A stretch of 64,000 bases of DNA from Squalus acanthias (lineage: Eukaryota). Shown one piece after another: positions 62,101 to 64,000 of this stretch; position 1 is the stretch's first letter, and the number at the start of each line of letters is the position of its first letter. Position numbers and translations under genes: made by a program. The stretch spans positions 24,802,001 through 24,866,000 of the forward strand of contig CM059432.1 of NCBI GenBank assembly GCA_030390025.1, in the 5' to 3' direction. The notes under the pieces are model-generated. The model was not told where the DNA came from and did not search any database. It saw only the letters and a list, made by a program, of their open reading frames with translations.

Positions 62101-62886
62101 ATCCATCAAACAGAGTGCTTGGGAGCTGCGTTACTTGGTCACATGCTGACAGATCTAATTTCTCCACATCTAGTTTGCCATTCCTTTTACTAACCATTTC
62201 TTTTGCCCCCATGCAGCCTTTGGAAAGGCTGCAAGTGATGGAAATTATTAATGCCTTAAGAAAGTCTAAAACAATTTTTGACCCTGCCCTTTTAAGGGTT
62301 GTTGACATTTACATTTGCCACCCCCATCCGCTTTGATGAGATCCTAGTCCCAGGCTCAATCCAGACCAAGGTTGCATATTTAATTAGGACCAACCAGGAA
62401 AGATGCTCTGAGAATGGCCCAGTTCCAAATTGGCAAGTGCTACTGCTCTTTTCTGGTGCCAATTTTCTTCGCTTATATTGGAAAACATACCCTAAAGTGC
62501 CCTGAACCTTTACAGTAGAATTTCTGAAGACCTAATCATTTCAGAAATGAGTCTGATGCCCTTGTTATATTGGCAATTTTGGGACCGTTGCACTATGTAT
62601 TTCTCCACACCATCTAGTTTCCAATTTTTAGAAAGTTGGAATATAAACAACTTGCATTCATATAACGACTCTCAGACCGCGCACAAAGGGGCAGAGAGGA
62701 ATGCAGAATGGAAGATGGGATAGATAAACGAGCGGGGTGATTGAAATCACAATTCGAAAGAGAGGTATTGAAGGAAGGAAGAGAGGCAGGCCGAAAAGTT
62801 CTGGGGATAGAATTCATAAAGCAAGGGCATAGTGACTGAAAAAAACCCAGTCTCTGCAGATATGAGGATGGCTGGACCACAGTTTA

Positions 62887-63698
62887 GTAAGAGGTGCACT
62901 TCTGAGATTAGGCTTGAGGCACACTGTTGGGGCAGATCAAGAGAAACGTAACTCTCTACATATACCATGTTGTACCTGACCTGGCAGTGCTTGGACCACT
63001 CTGGCAGACTTGCCTTTTTCGGCGGTCCGTTCCTGAATTCTGGAGAAACTAGATGAAGTAAAGTTACTGGTGGCTTTCTTTGGTCTGGTTGCCAGTCACT
63101 TTATCTTGTTGATGGTTGCTATAATGACATTGTAGGGCTAATTATCTGGCTTTGTGCTGCCTGAGGGAACTTCAACTGCTGAGACAGCATATCAACCATT
63201 CAGACGGGCACACTGTGCCGAGTTTTCTGACAATTATTTAGTGGATGGAAAGCCGTGTGCCCATATTGTGCTCTTGGCTGGCAGTGTGAAGTCAGAAAGT
63301 TACTCTTTATATATAATTACAGCACCAGAGACATACTCATGCACACTAAGAGCAAAATTTCTTGTTGAGTTTACAATCTAAAAATCAAGACGAGGTAGAT
63401 GCTATAAAATACACAAACTATTTATTGCTAATCCATGTCACAGCGTAATGGTCGCTCAATCCTGGTTCCAGTGTGTACAAAAGAAGCAGTCAACTTATTC
63501 TCTCCTTTTTGCGTGAATTTTATGCTCATTAATGTTAGGGGGTCTTCATGCCTGAGGCTGGAACACTTTCCATTTCACACAGTCTTCGCATCAAGCACTG
63601 CCAGGTCAGGTACAATATGGTATATGTAGAGAGTTACGTTTCTCTTGATCTGCCCCAACAGTGTGCCTCAAGCCTAATCTCAGTAGTACACCTCTTAC
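62887..63698. repeat. 107-bp inverted repeat (62887-62993 / 63592-63698) of a Deu-domain-like SINE fragment
   Basis: Arms differ at 3 positions. TGAGGCACA..GGGGCAG...TGTACCTG resembles the DeuSINE core (recalled, not searched). Confidence 0.85.
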
Positions 63699-64000
63699 GA
63701 CATTATTTCAGCATTTATCTACTTCACAACCAGCTATTCTTGATTTTTCTCAATGTCATTGCTAATTACTGCCAAACCGGGACAGTTTTGTGCCATGTAT
63801 CAATCCCCATTTGGAATGGACTGAGATTCTCCTTTATTTATCATATATTTTGCAGGTTCTTTTTCTTACACTGAGTTTCTTGTCAGACTTGTCATTTCAG
63901 ATTCAATCAACACAGTTACCTGAGCCACAGAATATTGATGTTCCCAATATAGCATAACTTCAGGCAACACTGAGGAAAAAATCCCAAGAAGATGCTTGTA

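Overview
Eukaryotic, repeat-dense, apparently intergenic or intronic DNA. The repeat content (CR1 and L2 LINEs, tRNA/L2-tail SINEs, a Deu-domain-like SINE fragment, Penelope-like fragments) looks like a cartilaginous fish (shark); this is an inference. No host protein-coding gene was confidently found. The centrepiece is a complete, apparently intact 4,271-bp PIF/Harbinger DNA transposon (18433-22703). It has 12-bp TIRs, a CTG target-site duplication (TSD), an uninterrupted DDE transposase on + and a convergent 3-exon Myb/SANT gene on - that splices by hand to 458 aa. Five ~0.9-1.2 kb internal-deletion derivatives (MITEs) of the same family lie in the window; one carries a fold-back hairpin and one looks like a subfamily mosaic. 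Also present are several other Harbinger-like MITE families, Penelope-like fragments with minimal hammerhead ribozyme motifs, a young-looking 1.6-kb solo LTR, nested insertions and a local inversion with a duplicated breakpoint. All coordinates were read by eye; repeat boundaries without TIR/TSD support are approximate.
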